A stretch of 64,000 nt of DNA from Eledone cirrhosa. Lineage: Eukaryota. The stretch spans positions 233,368,001 through 233,432,000 of the forward strand of contig OZ024743.1 in assembly GCA_964016885.1 (NCBI GenBank), read 5' to 3'. The notes below the pieces were generated by a model, which saw only the letters and a list, made by a program, of their open reading frames with translations, was not told where the DNA came from and searched no databases. The position numbers and the translations under genes were made by a program. Of the stretch, positions 63,201 through 64,000 are shown one piece after another (the stretch's first letter is position 1; the number at the start of each line of letters is the position of its first letter).

Positions 63201-64000
63201 GGCGAAATTGGCCCTTGACCAATTCTTCAATGCAAAGCACGAACGCTGCGTTGTCAGAGCTAGGGTGCGTGCTCTCAGACACGAGGGGACGAAAGCCGTT
63301 CAATGGGCCCGAGTGGCGGAGGAGCGTCGTGGCAACAAAGACACGATCCGGTCTTTGGTGGACCACAACGGGCGCATGCTACTCGATCCTGGGCAAATGT
63401 GTGAAGCTTTTCAGCGACAGATCGCACAGCTGTTCGGGGGCAGCAGCGGGCCAGATCGAGGGATGGACTTTAGTGTCTACCTCGACGGACTGCCGCAGCT
63501 CTCGGCCACTGAGGCGGAGTGTTGCGAAAAGCCGATAACAGCCGCTGAAGTACGGGAGGCAATGACTGGCAACACAAGGGGTAAATCGCCTGGTTTGGAT
63601 GGTCTGCCCTCTGAACTTTACGTACAGATGCCAGACTTGTTCGGAGGGTTCTTGGCAGACGTCTACTGCAACTGGAACAGAACGGGAGAATTCCCAGATC
63701 TGTGAGCCGAGAAGCTGTGGCGCTGCTGAGAAAGGATCCGAACAAGGGGATAACATAGATAATTTCAGGCCCATAACTCAGCTAAACACAGAGTTCAAGA
63801 TTTTGGCCAAGGTGCTAGCAAAGAGGTTGGCGCTTGTCGTTGGTGGTCTGGTGGGAGAGGCGCAGACATGCGGCATTCCCGACAGATCCATCCACGACAA
63901 CCTCCACCTCATGCGATATAACGTAGAGAGGGTAGCTAGGGAACTTGGAACGGGTGGGTCCTTGATCAATTTAGTTCAGTCGAAAGCTTTCGATAGGGTC
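60215..64000 (+). mobile_element. Second L1/Tx1 LINE (related subfamily), cut by the window end
   Basis: ORF1 ~60284-62184 (frameshift, premature stop at 61828); ORF2 from 62219 MTSLRIGSINARG with RT motifs up to 64000. Confidence 0.92.

Overview
AT-rich eukaryotic (metazoan, probably octopus/cephalopod by inference from the SINE family and repeat landscape) intergenic DNA made almost wholly of nested transposable elements and microsatellites. No host gene, rRNA or tRNA gene is supported. It holds Penelope-like retroelements (PLEs) of three types: Neptune-like (1-3420, 37396-39125), Naiad-like (39430-42515) and a young Nematis-like element present as an 8.3 kb head-to-head inverted dimer with two intact 860 aa RT/GIY-YIG ORFs (20238-28549). 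It also holds L1/Tx1, RTE, R4/Dong and CRE non-LTR relics, a non-autonomous Gypsy-type LTR element with a tRNA-Trp PBS, solo LTRs, Helitron relics, hAT MITEs and tRNA-derived SINEs. The most striking signal, invisible in the ORF track, is about 20 type I hammerhead ribozyme (HHR) motifs from roughly ten sequence families, some partial or degenerate. Most sit in short ORF-less cassettes inserted into (TA)n as fold-back palindromes or as slightly more than one monomer with terminal redundancy, suggesting a family of retrozyme-like, possibly circular, RNAs mobilised by PLE machinery. All ribozyme calls were made by eye from core motifs and stem pairing and have not been tested for activity.
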